The notes: a model not told the origin generated them from the letters alone. A stretch of 64,000 nucleotides of DNA from Octopus vulgaris (GCA_951406725.2 OX597830.1:72354001-72418000), one strand, 5' to 3'; shown: positions 13,231 through 29,238, counted from the first letter of the stretch. Made by a program: numbers and translations.

Positions 13231-14097
13231 AAATACTAATTATCAAATGATATTCTTATTCTTGTTCTTTATTATTAAAATTTTAATCCAGATTCAGGCG
13301 GTAATTATACCACATTTTTCTATGTCGAATACTTCACTGTAGAATATATATCGCATTATTTTATATTTGTAAGTTGCAGATTCAAGGAAGTTTGAGTGAT
13401 GTATCTAGAAAGGGTACATCTATTTGAAGCCTCCATGTTGACTTAATCTGCAGAGATATTTTAGTTGATGGGCCAAAATTTCACGAAAGAGATCGAAATT
13501 TCATTTATTTTCATGTATTCTTCTTAAAATTTTGTATTAAATACAGAAAATCCTTCATTCCTTTTGGGCACCCTGTATATATGTTACCCAAAGGGATGTT
13601 TGCATGACGTAGGCAGAAGCGTATTCTAACGTTTTGGTCTTATTCTAATCCATTAGCATTTCAGTCCGTTCACTAAAAAATTTAGTTTTAATTGTTTCCT
13701 ATTATTCATTATCAAAAATACTTATTTGTAGTTATATTTCTTTTAATAGCATTCACTAAATATCCAGTCTTATGTCCCGAGGTTAAGCTAAATTCGTGAA
13801 TAAAAATGTCGCTTGATTTAAAGAGAATCATATAAAGTGCCTCATGTATGCATTGCTTCAGTTTAAAGATGTTCGTTATACTCACCGTCCAGATGCTTGC
13901 AATTTTCTTTCTCAAACCTCTACAGCCTTAACCAGTACGATTTATTTCACTGTATGGGTGAAAAGCGTTAAAAGCAATAATTTTACATGAAATATCTTCA
14001 TCTTGCTCGGTACGAATATATAAGAACATATCAATTTAAGCGTTCACACATAAATGCATACATACATACAAATATATACATATATACACACACACAC

Positions 14098-14162
<65 letters not shown>

Positions 14163-14258
14163 TGCGTACATATATATCCATACATAAATAAGTATATATA
14201 TATATATAAGCATAGATAAATGCATACATATATATGCATGGCTGTATATATATATATA

Positions 14259-14569
14259 TCACCGTGATCACCGTGACCGACCAGGCTATCAGTTGTTGCT
14301 ACACATCGCTGGTCACAATGCGCTTCGCATTGTTTTAGCCTTCAAATGACGCCACCACGCTGGCTAAGCGAGCAGGCCAACAGAAGAAAGTGTGAGAGAA
14401 AGTTGTGGCGAAAGAGTACAGCAGGGATCGCCACCACCCCCTGCCGGAGCCTCGTGGAGCTTTAAGTGTTTTCGCTCAACAAACACTCACAACGCCCAGT
14501 TTGAGAATCGAAACCGCGATCCTACGACCGCGAGTCCACTGCCCTAACCACTGGGGCCATTGCGCCTTC
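14259..14569 (-). mobile_element. SINE family C with RTE-like tail
   Basis: tRNA-like head GGCGCAATGGCCCCAGTGGTTAGGGCAG...GGTTTCGATTC; tail ends in CACGGTGAT repeats. Confidence 0.85.
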
Positions 14570-15351
14570 ATAAATATATATGGCATACATTTAAGCAACG
14601 TAGACAAATACAGGTAAATCAAATACCGTACAACATACAATATTGATATATTAAGCTACCGCCACAACTACAGAATATGTCAGAATTACCAAACGGCAAT
14701 TGCATACAGCTCCAAGAGAGGAAGGGAGGTAACCTTAAGAATCAAGAAAAGCTGACATGAATATGTGTCCGTGTGCGCACCTGTCCGTCTGCGTATATGT
14801 ATATGATATATACTGTATATACGTGTGTGTGTGTGTGTGTGAATGCATGCGAGGTGCATTTGTGCAATATTTTTTTATATTTTAATTTTTACTATTTTAC
14901 TTGTTTTATTTGGGCCGTACTCGTCAAAATACTGAGATAAGTATCCAGCTGCTATCTTCGATTAATTCTAAGAGTACTCCAGACATTAACAAAAAGTCGT
15001 GTTTCTAAGACAACATACGTTGCCCCGAGTAGCATGGATGGAAAATAAGTGCTCTATTCAATATGTATTATACTAACAAAAGAGAAAATGATAGTAAATA
15101 CTATTGAGAAATATCTTGTAAAAAAAACAACAATAAAATAAATGAGTCAACTGCATATATGTGTACTGGATGACCGATAAGATTCGATAAGCTGTTTGCA
15201 CAGCACTCTGTTTGTGTGAGTGTGTGTGTGTGTGTGTACGAGCCCTTGTACTCATATGTATATCTATATGTATGTGTGTATGTGTGTGTATGTGTGTGTG
15301 TGTGTGTGTGTGAAGAAGTAAATTAGCCTGATCAATATGTAAAACACATAT

Positions 15352-15545
15352 ATTAAATATATAAAATACAAAATATGTATATGTATACATATAAAAAGGT
15401 CCAATTTACACAGAGTACAAATGATATAGAAAATTAAAGTGATACATGAAAGCTATTATATACCTCTATATCATTTGTATTCTGTGTAAGATGGACCTTT
15501 ATATAAGTATACATATATACGTATTTTGTATTTCATGTATTTAAT
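15352..15545. repeat. Imperfect fold-back inverted repeat (~78 bp arms, ~33 bp spacer)
   Basis: AAAAGGTCCAATTTACACAGAGTACAAATGATATAGA versus TCTATATCATTTGTATTCTGTGTAAGATGGACCTTTT, extending outward. Confidence 0.85.
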
Positions 15546-15842
15546 ACACTTCATATATATATATATATATATACAAATATATACATACATGCATTAACAC
15601 ATGCATACATAACCCTGAAGGGAGTTGTTATATTTCATCTTTACTCAGTGTTGATGCGAAATACTAATTGAGTACAATTACACCATGTACTTCTATTGCA
15701 TTGGGGTCTTTATGGATGGCTTGCATAGTGAATCTTTGTTTTATACGTATATACATGCATACATACAGTTTGTAGATGATATCCAAATGTTCTCCGTATA
15801 GGAGTATACATAGTAGTGCTCAAAATATTCAAACTAGGGCGA

Positions 15843-15958
<116 letters not shown>

Positions 15959-16082
15959 ATGAATATGTGTAAACATACATATCACTGGCAATTAAAGATA
16001 GGGCACGTTAACACTTAAGCTTCACGTGAGTAAAAGAACTTGAAAATATGCAGCAACCTTTCTCTCTCTCTCGCCCACGCTT

Positions 16083-16121
<39 letters not shown>

Positions 16122-16861
16122 GTATGTATTAATAAGTACGTGTGTGTGTGTGTCTGTGCGTGTGTGTGTCTGTGTGTGTGCATGTATTTCTGTGTATATA
16201 CTTACATATAAATATATCTCTCTCTATCTCTCTCTCTCCTCTATCTTGCTTTGGTCTACAGGTGTTAAACTGATGTTATCGTTAGCAACACTGAAGTCAA
16301 TACAGAATTCCCATAATCAATAACTTCGAAAGTGTTATGAATGAAGCGCTACTTGAAAAGACAGTATCGTAACGAAAATAACGCCTGTAACCCTAGATCA
16401 GCATTCTTAGGCCACATCTAGAGCTAATTACATAATAACAAAGATAACAACAGGACAGGACCTTGAATAAGTTTTCATTTGCTAGAAATATCAGCTAATT
16501 TTCTCGCATATCATTCGCTCTACTGCCGTTTAAAAAGGAAGATCACATCATATAATACTGGTTTTACACTTCGGCATTCAGCCAGCAGTATTAAGGGAGA
16601 GGGTGGTCAATAACATCGGCCTTAATGTTCTACAAGTACTTATTTTATCGAACCTAAAATGAGGAACACAAAGTCGACCTGGGTGGTATTTGAACTCTGA
16701 ACGCCAAGATCAGGAAGAAATACCACTAAGCATTTTGTACGTTAAGCTCGCCTCGATAATCAGTGTTATCCACCATAGACAGCCAAGAATAAGGAGGTGG
16801 TCACGAATGGAAAGCCTTTGTTCATGGATCTACTGAGTGGGGGCTGATCCTGGAGCTAAAT

Positions 16862-16995
16862 AACACCTGATGAAGACTGAAGGGTATATAAACCGAAACG
16901 TTGTGTTAATAACAAACAAGATGAGGACAAATATCCGTCAGTTATAAATAATGTAAATAATTTACATAATTCCTCATCTCTTAAATATAGAACTG
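16862..16995 (+). mobile_element. Hammerhead-bearing tail of the 9742-10198 family (HHR motif 16862-16907)
   Basis: AACAC-CTGATGA...CC-GAAA-CGTT-GTGTT, then AACAAACAAGATGAGGACAAATATCCGTC identical to 10148-10176. Confidence 0.75.
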
Positions 16996-17380
16996 TGGAG
17001 GCGCAATGGCCCAGTGGTTAGGGCAGCGGACTCGCGGTCGTAGGATCGCGGTTTCGATTCCCACACCGGGCATTGTGAGTGTTTATTGAACGAAAACACC
17101 TAAAGCTTCACAAGGCTCCTGCAGGGGGTGGTGGTGGTGAACCCTGCTGTACTCTTTCACCACAACCTTCTCTCCCTCTTTCTTCCTGTTTCTGTTGTAC
17201 CTGTATTTCAAAGGGCCGGCCTTGTCACACTCTGTGTCACGCTGAATCTCCCTGAGAACTACGTTAAGGGTACACGTGTCTGTGGAATGCTCAGCCACTT
17301 GCACGTTAATTCCACGAGCAAGCTGTTCCGTTGATCGTATCAGCTGGGACCCCTCATCGTCGTAACCGACGGAGTGCTCC
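16995..17380 (+). mobile_element. SINE family C with a second tail type and 15-bp TSD
   Basis: Same tRNA head as 14259-14569. TSD TAAATATAGAACTGT at 16982-16996 and 17388-17402. Confidence 0.88.
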
Positions 17381-17799
17381 TATATTATAAATATAGAACT
17401 GTATGAACAACAATAATGTGTGCGAGACGACGTGGAAATCTTGACTCGTAAGAAATAGCAGTAAAATCGCTCTCAGCTCACGCATCTTTCTGTCTTAAAA
17501 CGGAACATTGCGTTGCATAACAAGTTAGTGGATGCGCTGTGCGACACTACCCACCTCATGCACCCCCAAATCGATAAATTTGTCTCGATTGGAAAGCCTA
17601 TGCTATTTAGCCAATTCTTTCACGACTGATTTATGGCGAAATAACGTCGATGACGACAAGGACCGGACAACGTGACAGTTCCAGAGTAGTCATCCGACGC
17701 AGTAGAAATAGCAGCCTATTTCCTTCGAATCAAACAAATTATCTTCAAAATAATATAGTACAAGATTACGTAGTATCAGTTTTATGATATAGAGGAAGA

Positions 17800-18080
17800 G
17801 GTAAAGACCCCGCTTTGGACATGAATGACCATAGGATTGCACCTAGAAAGTTACTCTCCAAGGCACAAGTCTGAACAAGGTTATTTATGGAAGGCCAACA
17901 GTCACCCATGCATATCAGCTTCCACTCTCCACGCCCCCGATGTTACCCAAGAGAAAAAAATCAAAGGCTAATACATCTTGACTCCAATGACGTCGCAATT
18001 CATTTTTACAGCTGAAGCAACGGGAGATAAAGTACCTTGCTCAAGAACGCAACACACAATCCGGCTCTAACAACTGAGCC
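17800..18080 (-). mobile_element. SINE family D (CORE-like), diverged
   Basis: GTTCTTGAGCAAGGTACTTTAT core; colinear with 39113-39366. Confidence 0.65.
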
Positions 18081-18414
18081 ATAAATATGTGATGGTCACG
18101 GCTGGAACTTTCACAATCAGAAATATGTTCAATGAGAACTGTCCTCTGGTTAAGCAACTATAACAGTTCAATCTACCTGAAATCGCAACTATTTTATAAT
18201 TAAGAAAGAACAGGTGTACGTTGGTTAATGTAGATTAAAATACTTTGAGTCACAGAATGGACAAAATGGTCACGGGTGGAAAGGCTTTCTAAAATTGCGG
18301 ATGATTAAAACAGTATTATCATCGTGGTCGATGTTGTTGTTTCTGCAGTTTTTGTTGTTTGAGCATTGTTTACGTAGCGAGTCAACGAAATGTGCAATAA
18401 CATATTACTTATAT

Positions 18415-18481
<67 letters not shown>

Positions 18482-18656
18482 ATACGCACATACATACATA
18501 TATACAATACAAACACACACACAGACATACATGCACATTCAAATATCTCACAGCCATTAATTTTTATCATGGCTCCGAATCATAAGTTTTTTTAATCGAC
18601 CGCAATCAAAGAATAAATGTAATAACATAAATTCTCTACTTGGTCATACTCTATTC

Positions 18657-18732
<76 letters not shown>

Positions 18733-18902
18733 CTCCCTCCCTCCCTCTCTCTCTCTCTCCTTCTCTCTGTCTATATATATACATGTATATTTAAAAATGT
18801 GTGCACAGATATATGTATATATAGTTTCAAACATTTACCACAAATATATACTCATATTTGTTCATGAGTGTGTGTATGTATGCATGTATGTATGAATGTA
18901 TG

Positions 18903-18947
<45 letters not shown>

Positions 18948-19699
18948 CGCTCACATATCAAAAAACTTCAGTATATCTATAAAAATCAAATGTAATTTCA
19001 TCTCTACCGCATATATCTTAGAATTTTACCGGAACTTTCATGCAAATTCCCTAAACATACACACCAATGCTTCACCTGACATTTTCGAGTTTTAATTTAA
19101 ACAGCGGAATACAAAAGAGACTACATCTCTGTGATACAGGATATATGAATATTTATTGAGAGTTACTTCTGTACTTTAACGAAAATTCAAGTACATTTTG
19201 GCCGCTATAAGCAAAATTTGATATTGACTCTTTTATATTTGATATCATTGGTAATATTTATCTCTTCAAATATAGTATTTGAAAGCAGCTCTCACATGTC
19301 ATGTCACCAAACAACGTAAGAATTATCTAGAAAAGAAGATACTAAGTTGCGGTCCGTATGGTTGGCTAATTGTATTATCAACAGTAGAGTTATGAAAGCG
19401 CTCTAACTTGGTATCGATATAAGGCTTGGGATTTATTTTACCTAAGATATTATAACCGCAGAGATACTCATAGTGGATTTTGCCTTTAAATAGAAAATGA
19501 AGAAGCCTCAATGTGTCTTACAACAGGATAACTATATTCATTTCGTTTTCATTTAGGCATTTATACAGTGAGTAATACGTTATGATCATCATGGTAAAGT
19601 TATTTTCAGGTACATTCATATAAGAGAATGCTTTTGACCAACGACACCTTGTTTAGTATAGACCAATTATTTGTCATGCAGAGTTTTTGGCTCCCAACT

Positions 19700-20262
19700 A
19701 CCAGCCAGTTGTTCCCTAGGTTTTTTCTTTACCATTAATTGTTGTTCCTATGCAACAACAGTTGTAGCACTTCCTTCTGTCTGTCCATCGTAGGTTTTAT
19801 TCTTAAAATCAATAATCAAATATTTGCTCTATTTAAAGACAAAATAGAACATCTTATGACTCTCCATGATATTCAACGAGTTTTAGCATCCAGTCTTTTG
19901 TTGTTTCAAGATATTTGGCCAATCCACTAGATGTGGTTTTGTAAGAAAGTTAAATCTAGATCAGTCATCGACTACCATTGGCTCTGGAAAGGTAAAGACG
20001 ATCCACATCTGTTTTTGGGTGGTGCATCTTATTAAAAGTCAGCAGCTTACGAATTTTTCTATCAATTTCCTTTATTTTACTGATATTTCTATTCAACACA
20101 TTAAAGCTACACGTAACAGCTGGAACTGCTAAAGAATTTCTGGCTAACACCTTGTTATATGCGTTTAGCTCAGATTTGATAACGGCTTTTAATTTCTTAT
20201 AATATTTCTTCCTGATTTTTCTCTTCATGGTTGCATACTTAATTCCTGAGTTTTCATTTATT
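19700..20262 (-). pseudogene. R4/Dong-clade LINE RT C-terminal relic
   Basis: KSELNAYNKVLARNSLAVPAVTCSF...IDRKIRKLLTFNKMHHPKTDVDRLYLSRANGSR fits the HPKADVDRLYLPRxxGGRGL motif. Left boundary approximate. Confidence 0.8.
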
Positions 20263-20449
20263 CATATGTATGTATGCATGCATGTATGTATGCAAGTATG
20301 TATGTATGCATGTATGTATGTATGTACGTATGAATGTATGTACGTATGAATGTATGTATGCATGTATGTATGTATGTATGTATGTATGTATGTATGTATG
20401 TATGTATGTATGTATGTTTGTATTTATGTATCTATCTATATATATATAT

Positions 20450-20907
20450 CTTTTACTCTTTTACTCGTTTCAGTCATTTCATTGCGGCCATGCTGGAGCA
20501 CCGTCTTAATCGAGCAAATCGACCCCAGGAATTATTTGTTGTAAGCCTAGTACTTATTCTATCGTTCTCTTTTGTCGAACCGCTAGGTTACGAGGACGTA
20601 ACCACACCAGCGTCAGTTGTCAAGCGATGTTGGCGGGGGGACAAACACAGACACACAAACATATACACAAACATACATACATATATATATATATATAAAC
20701 ACACACATATATTATTTATATATATATGTACATACATACATATATACGACGGGATTCTTTCAGTTTCCGTCTACCAAATCCACTCACAAGGCATTGGTCG
20801 GCCCAAGGCTACAGTAGAAGACACTTGCCCAAGGTGCCACGCAGTGGGACTGAACCCAGAACGATGTGGTTGGTAGGCAAGCTACATACCACACAGCCAG
20901 TCCTGCT

Positions 20908-20909
<2 letters not shown>
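20450..20909 (-). mobile_element. SINE family A, full length
   Basis: Colinear with other family A copies. Confidence 0.9.
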
Positions 20910-20959
<50 letters not shown>

Positions 20960-21044
20960 CATACACACACATACCCTACCTATCTAGCTATCTATCTATC
21001 AATGTATGTGTATATGTGTGTGTTTGTTTGCATATCTCTCTATG

Positions 21045-21105
<61 letters not shown>

Positions 21106-21783
21106 CACGCACACACGTACACACACAAACACACATACACTTTAGCATAACAAAGGAAAACTACATCAAAACAAAAAACTATCAACAATCAAGTAAATAA
21201 TATAATTAAAACTTGGATACGAAAAAAAAATGTTACAAAAAGAAAAATGACTTACTTCCCTTGTTTACTCTTCAGCACTCTTGCTCACTGTCTCTCACTC
21301 TGTCGCACTCTCGATCTTACTCTTTCTTTCCTTCTCTTATTGTACTTTACGATATTAAAGAATTTTCTCAGAAATTGAATAAATAAGAATACAAAGAGCG
21401 CTGGAAATATTATTGAATCAATATCAATCGTCAGTAGAGGCGAATTACAGGTGGACGATATAAAAAAGATATAGATATACCAATCGCTGTTGTCAAAACT
21501 GTCAGATCAAATATGACGGTGTTATATTAAAATGGACAATGTTGTTGGTTGTCAAAACGTTAAGTATAGAAATCAGTAGAGTGTTAATGTACAAATAAAT
21601 AAATGAAAGAAGCAAGAAATGCAATAATATTGGATAAATAATTTAAATAATTTAACAAAATGTTACAATAAATAAAGATTAAGTGGCGACGAACAAAAGG
21701 GAAAATATATGATGATATTTATTCAAGTCAGTTCCATTGTCTGTATATATGAATACAACTACGTATATACATACATACATACA

Positions 21784-21847
<64 letters not shown>

Positions 21848-22941
21848 AATGCATGTATACATGATCTATGATGTGTGTGTGTGTATACTTGTATACTAGC
21901 ATCTATATTTCATTAAACATATATTATACATATTTGTATATATGAAATATATATGCATAAGTATATTTATGATATATTTACAATATTCGTATGAATATAT
22001 AATGCATTTATGTACGTGTATATATCTAAATAAGAAAAATATAAGCAATTATGATATAAAATCGCGATAGATTCTGTATAACGACAAAAGCCTCTATGTC
22101 AGAAACAATAATAAAATCAAAGGTAACCACAACAGGAACTTGAAATAAATCAAATCAGAAAAGTGATGAACAACACAAAAAACATGAAAAAGAATCTTCA
22201 AGTAACAAAGAAATTGTCTTTCCCTTTCTGAAATATGACACACACCTGTTTAGCATGATGTAGTTAAAAGTTCTGCAATTTTAAAGTGATGTATTTAGTC
22301 GATTACATTGACCCCGCTACTTAATTGGTGTATTTTATATTATCGACGTCGAAAACTGAAAAGCAAAATTGAAGCGATTTGGATGTGATGCCGGAAAAAA
22401 TACCCTTACGCAGTTTGACTGACGCGCTGACTCTGTCAATCACTGCTTTAATGATTTTCTTTCTACTATAAGCACAAAGCCTGAAATTCTGTGAGAGAAG
22501 GCAAGTCGATTACATGTCGTTTTGGTTGGGTGGTCACAGTCGGTGAGTTAACTCGGTTTTTGATTGCATTGCGGGTACTCTCTTCTTTATATCCTTCTCT
22601 CTGCATTTGGCAATGTAGTAGTTTCGAGACCCGTCCTCGGACCAAATCCCTTACCTGGCAATTAGAAATCCTTTAAAAAAAAAAAAGCAAAAGAAAATAA
22701 ATGCAAAAATGAAATGATGTTGTGTGGGATATATAATTTTTCGCGGCAAAACTAATGGGTCGTTGTTACAACGCTTCGATCACTCAAACGCTAGATTGGA
22801 AATGATCTAGAAATATCGCTAAGGGAAATTCCTTGATGTATTCTGAAGTTTATCATAAAGCTACCTAGTTCCGTCAGATGTGTACCTGAATAAATATGGG
22901 ACAAAAAACAAAGAATGAAATAACGAACAAAATGATTAACA

Positions 22942-22989
<48 letters not shown>

Positions 22990-22991
<2 letters not shown>

Positions 22992-23180
22992 TAAATTTGG
23001 GAGCAAGACAAACAATTTTCTGGAGGAGAGGAGTCGGTAGCACCGACCCCTGTAGTTAACTTGTACATATTTTATCGTCACCGAAAGCATGAGAGGCAGA
23101 GCAGATTGGGCAGCATTTGAAGGGACAAAATGCCGCTAAGCATTTTGACCGGAGAGCAAACGATTTCTGCCCGCTCGCAA
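22990..23180 (-). mobile_element. SINE family B-related diverged copy next to (TAC)n
   Basis: TTTTATCG..CCGAAAG..ATGA.AGGCA and GCTAAGCATTT motifs. Confidence 0.6.
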
Positions 23181-23255
23181 CCTTTACTACACGAATTATA
23201 TTAAGCACGAATTATTTTCGGAAAATACACGATATGAATATACGATAAACATATA

Positions 23256-24532
23256 TTGGGTTGACCAACTAAGTACCCGCTGCTCTTTTAAATTTTGGAA
23301 TTTATTGCGTTTTTAAATTTTGGAATCGATTTTTCTTTTTCGAGAATTCTATTTTTGAATTATTTTGGAATGTATTTTAATTTTTTTTCTAGTTAATTTT
23401 AGTTACTTTTTGTTCTTTTTCAGATCATTAAAATAAAATGTCACGTTAGGAAAAACGAGCATTTTCGACACCTCCTACTTTTTAATCAAGGTTCTAAGGC
23501 CGCAAAAGTTGCTCACGACATTTGTGCTGTGTATGGAGACGTTGCCATAGCTGAAAGAACCACTCGTAATTGGTATGCCAAGTTCAAAATTGGAAATTTT
23601 GACCTCAAAAGCGCACCTCGTTTGGGCCGTCCAGTTGAGTTCAATGATGAGCGATTAAACCAACTGCATGAAAATTCTTGTGAAACGACAAGGGAACTGG
23701 CAGAGAAAATAGAATGTTCCCACACTACTATAGAGAAGCATCTTCACTCGATGAGAAAGGTTCAGAAGTAAGGAGCATGCGTTCCGCATGCTTTAAGTGA
23801 CAACAACAAAAATCAACGAGCCACAATCTCCGCTGGTTTGCTTGCTCGTCACCGCCCAACTCATGGACGCAAGCAACGATTTCTTTACCGAATCGTTACT
23901 GGCGACGAAAAATGGTGCCTGTACATCAATATGAAGCAGCTTAAGGAATGGCTTAGCCCCACACCGCGCGTGAAACAAGATCTTCATCCGCGTAAAACGA
24001 TGTTGTGCATATGGTGAGACTGGAAGAAATTATCCATTACGAATTGCTTCAACGTAGCCAAACGGTCAACGCGGAACTCTATGTTCAACAGATGGAACGA
24101 CTCATCACGGCTATTCAAGAGAAAAAAACCTAATCGGCAGTGGAGTTCTGCTGCTGCACGACAACGCCCGGGCTCATATCGCCAATATGACCAAGGAAGC
24201 CATTCAAACGCATGGCTTGGGTAGTGCTGCCATACCCGCCGCACTATCCTGATTTGGCACCAACGGATTTCCAACGCTTTCGATCTCTTTCAAACGCTAT
24301 GCCCGGAGTTTCGTTCAATACTGATGCAGAATTGAGAGCTTGGTTGGATCAATTTTTCGAGTCGAAATCGGGTGATTTCTACCGACCAGGTGTAAATCTT
24401 GCTGGACGCTGGGAAGAAGTTGTAAACAACATTGGGTGAATATATTATTGATTAATTAGCTGTTACTTTTTATTAAAACTTTTAAGAAATTTAAAATTTT
24501 AAAAAACGGCGAGAACTTAGTTGCTAACCCAA
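23256..24532 (+). mobile_element. Full-length inactive mariner transposon (D,D34D)
   Basis: TA TSDs. TIRs TTGGGTTGACCAACTAAGT versus revcomp TTGGGTTAGCAACTAAGT. Length 1277 bp. Confidence 0.95.
23433..24452 (+). pseudogene. Mariner transposase pseudogene
   Basis: HTH region RNWYAKFKIGNFDL..PRLGRP, VPHAL, IVTGDEKW, HDNARAH, PHYPDLAPTDF; contains stops and frameshifts. Confidence 0.92.
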
Positions 24533-25315
24533 TATAAACTTATGAATCAATAATCTAACATATGCTACTCACAAGATTTTTTTTGACTAGTTTCACAGAG
24601 TAAAAAACCTATATTATTTGTGTAATTGTAAAAATAATTACAATTTCCAAAAATAGTTATACATAATTACAAGAAGGAAAACTACGTTTCCATTCATCTT
24701 TATATGAAGCTTGTGTATGTGTGTATATATATATACATATATACATATGTATTCTCTCATATATAAAATATATATATAAGTGTATATATATATGTGTGTA
24801 TATATACACACACATACAATACGCATATAAACATATACGTATATAGATATATATATATAGACTCACGTGCATTATGCACATACGGATATACATACACATG
24901 CACGTACACAAACACACACGCACATGCGCGCACACGCACACACATACACAAACAAACACATACACACACACACGATACGTGTGTGTTTGTGTGAGACTGA
25001 GTGCGTATGTGCCTACGCCTAAATCGTATGAGTGTTTTGGACAGTCTTGGAGATAAATCATTGTTTAGAAACTTATATGTGTGTATGTGTGTGTATGTAT
25101 CTGTATGTGTATGTGTGTGTGTGTGTGTGCATGCTTCGGTGTGTCCCTGCATGTTTATATATCTGTGTGCGTTTGTGTGTGTCTGTGTATATATATATGT
25201 ATATGTAAAATCGTGTGAATGTGAGTACGTGTGCTCATGATGTACGTTTTATATTCTATTATTTTGAAGTTTCAGGCCAGTGGATTTCATTTTAAATTCT
25301 TCGATTTTATCGGTA

Positions 25316-25365
<50 letters not shown>

Positions 25366-25562
25366 TGTAACTGTGTGCACATGTTTGCACGCATGCGCTT
25401 GTATGTTTGTGTTTGTGTGTGTAAGTGTGTGTTGTGTGCCTGTATGTATGTGTATGTGTGTGCGTGTGTTTGTGTTTGTGTAAGTGTGCATAAATGCAAC
25501 CATCCACACACAAACTCTTACAGCTCCTTTCGGTTTTGTAATTCATCTCCTTTTCTCTCAGT

Positions 25563-25597
<35 letters not shown>

Positions 25598-25652
25598 CCT
25601 ATATATATATATATATATACATTATAACGTATGCATACATTATAACGTATGC

Positions 25653-25697
<45 letters not shown>

Positions 25698-25818
25698 AAT
25701 ATGTAGATATTTATATATGGTGGTGCCCCAGCATGGCCACAGCTCATGAGCTGAAACTAGATAAAATATAAAAATATGAAATATATAGATATATATATAT
25801 ATGTATATACATATATGC

Positions 25819-25882
<64 letters not shown>

Positions 25883-25900
25883 TCATACATACATACATAC

Positions 25901-25931
<31 letters not shown>

Positions 25932-25941
25932 CATACATACA

Positions 25942-25972
<31 letters not shown>

Positions 25973-26554
25973 TCATATACATATATATATATGCGTGTGG
26001 TTACCTCAATACCCGCCGCTGTCTTCTATCACTCCATCACTCCATCACTCCAGCTCGGTGAAGCTCATGCTTAGACAGCAGAACAAATGAATTTAAAATT
26101 TTAATCGAAGCCCAATGTCGCATTAATGTAGTACGACGTTGAATTTATTATCAAACACCTATATATCTCACTATCTTTATTATATTTTGGGCACGTTATC
26201 CTGTTTGTGCCTACATGTGCGCCTGCGTTTGTGTGTTCATGTGCATATGCGTGTGTGTATGATTTTCTGTAAATTATATATCTACGTACATCTTTTACTG
26301 GTTTCAGTCATTGGACTACGACCTTACACACACCTACACATGCACACACTTACACACACAGAGGCACGCACTCAAGAACACACAGACACACATATATTTA
26401 TATTTATATTTACATATATATATAGCTGCATATACACATATATGTATATATGTGTATATGTATCTGTATGTGTGTATATATATATATACATATATATAAA
26501 TATGCATAGACATATGTATGTATGCATATATATATTTATATGTATGTATATAGA

Positions 26555-26899
<345 letters not shown>

Positions 26900-28795
26900 T
26901 ACAGTGACAGGTGCAAGGACAACCAACAGGATGTATTAGTTTGTCGTTCAGGAGTTATGGAAGAAGTTTTTGATGTTTCTAGCTTACGTTATGCAAAATA
27001 GAATGGGGTGGCAAAACAGATGTAGAGAGAAAAATGGTGAAAAGAAATATCGTGTCTAAATTAACGGTGTCACATGTTGAACTGACCTGAAATTCAGCTT
27101 CCTTTTCAAGCAGGGTAACCAATTTAAAATATAACCTCATTCGTTTGGTCTTGTTGGATTAAGTATCCACAAATGTTAGACCATGATGAAATATTACACC
27201 CTAATAACAAGTGTTGTTATATGAGACCGCAAAAAGGCCACAACATGACCGTTCATCTGAAGATAGAAGCCAAATTTTCCACAATTTACACAGTACCTCT
27301 CAGGAATCGAATCGATGCACTTGTTAATGAATACGATCCTCTTAAAAAGACGAGCTGCTCATCACTGAAGGCTTGAATGTCTTTGAGCATATCTCAAATT
27401 ATACTGCAGCCATTGTAGTTTTTAAAAAGAAGAGCACTATAGATGTATTTCGAGATGCTCTTTCCCTAAAGGAGATGTGATGATCACGGCCTCGATTTCT
27501 ATTGCTTCTAGGCCTGATCGTTTCTTTTGTTTTATCATTTATTTTTTTCCTCGTGATATTAGGTAGTGCTCACCTCACTTAGCACAGCCTCGAAACGGGC
27601 AGGATTGAAAGTGAAAGTAATTTTCAAACCAGTGACCTGGCCTAAATACTCGCAACTGTGTCTTGTCTGCTATGGTTACTCAAGTGACGGGGACGGGGAG
27701 TGTGTTAAACAGGGTGACGATTTAACTCTACTTCATGGAGCTACGGCAAGATTTTGCCCTCAGAAGACAAAGATTCCGAAAGAATAATGCAAGATATTCA
27801 GTCTGATTGTCTGATAGTCTCTCCAATCAACAATCCCTCGCATCCGTTGATACTTTAATTATCGACCCACAAATGAATAATAGGCGCGGATGAACACAGC
27901 AGGATTTGACCTCAGATGGCATTTACTCGCAACAAATACAGGGAGGAATTCTAGCTAGTACGCTGCGAGTTCACAGCTTATCTCGAATGCTAAACAATAT
28001 CATAAAATGTAAATTATAATCAATTGGAATTTGTATCCTGTAAACGGTGGAACTTTTCCAACTAGATACGTTCGTTCAGTTTGTTAATACTAACCCAACG
28101 ATATGTTTGCCTATACAAAACCTAGTACAATACAGTTAAAAACAAAAAAACACAACAGCTAAGGTAACACTAGCATATGTTTGAGCATACCAACTCCTTA
28201 TTTGAACATATGCAAGCCTACTGTTATCGAGTTTACTATTGTTTATAAACAATAACAAGTGCCTTCACTTGTTTATCAGATGGTCGAATATGTTTGTATA
28301 GACAAAAGATTAGTCTTAAATTGTAACTTTAAAACCTATCTTATCGTATCCCTTCTACTTTTCTTGTTTTTCCCCCTTCACGCAAGAATTTGAAGGATTA
28401 TATCGTGATTTTTATGGTAGGCCTTAACAAACTGCTGTTGAAGCAGATGGTCCACGCTAACTCTATGGTTTTTGTCTGAATTCTTATATTTCTTTTATAT
28501 CTGTGATTGTGTATGTGTATGTGTGTGTGTTTGTGTGTGTGTACATAAGTGTGTGTATATTTGTGTGTATATTTAAATGTGTGTGTGCGGGTATGCGTGT
28601 GCATGTTTTTTCTCAGAGAATATCTCGAGCGATGTGACTGTAGTTAGATAGAGTAATGCATGTACAGTTATACAAACGCAGTGACACATACACGCGTATG
28701 CACACAAAAGTACATACAAATATATGTTTGTGTCTATATGTACGTAAATACATTCCTATATACACACCTATAGATATATATATGCATATATATGC

Positions 28796-28842
<47 letters not shown>

Positions 28843-29238
28843 CATATGTGTATGTGTGCATGTGCGTGTGTATGTGTGTTCGTGAGTGTGTGTACATATA
28901 CTTATTTCCATACATACAAACATACACACACACACACATATAGTCTTTTATGAAAATCAAACCGTGTGTTCTCTCTTACCGATGTCAAGTAATGCACAAT
29001 GTCACACAGACGGACTATATCTGTTTACGAACTTTAAAAAAATGTTAACTATAACACTTAAACAAATAAAAGTTGACTAATAAAACAGAATTAAACCTGT
29101 TGAATTTTCACGTTAATGGAACTTTATTTCTAACTTAACATGCTTAACATGCACGTATCGCTAAAAACCACACAATACAATATATGCCATATATCAAACA
29201 ATATTTCACCCAAGGTTGGATCATAAGAATCTTGATCT

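Noticed and set aside
13561-13578. CACCCTG|TA transposon end
   Set aside because: No partner TIR identified.
27173-27787. Two short plus-strand ORFs in unique-looking sequence
   Set aside because: No recognisable motif or convincing splice framework.
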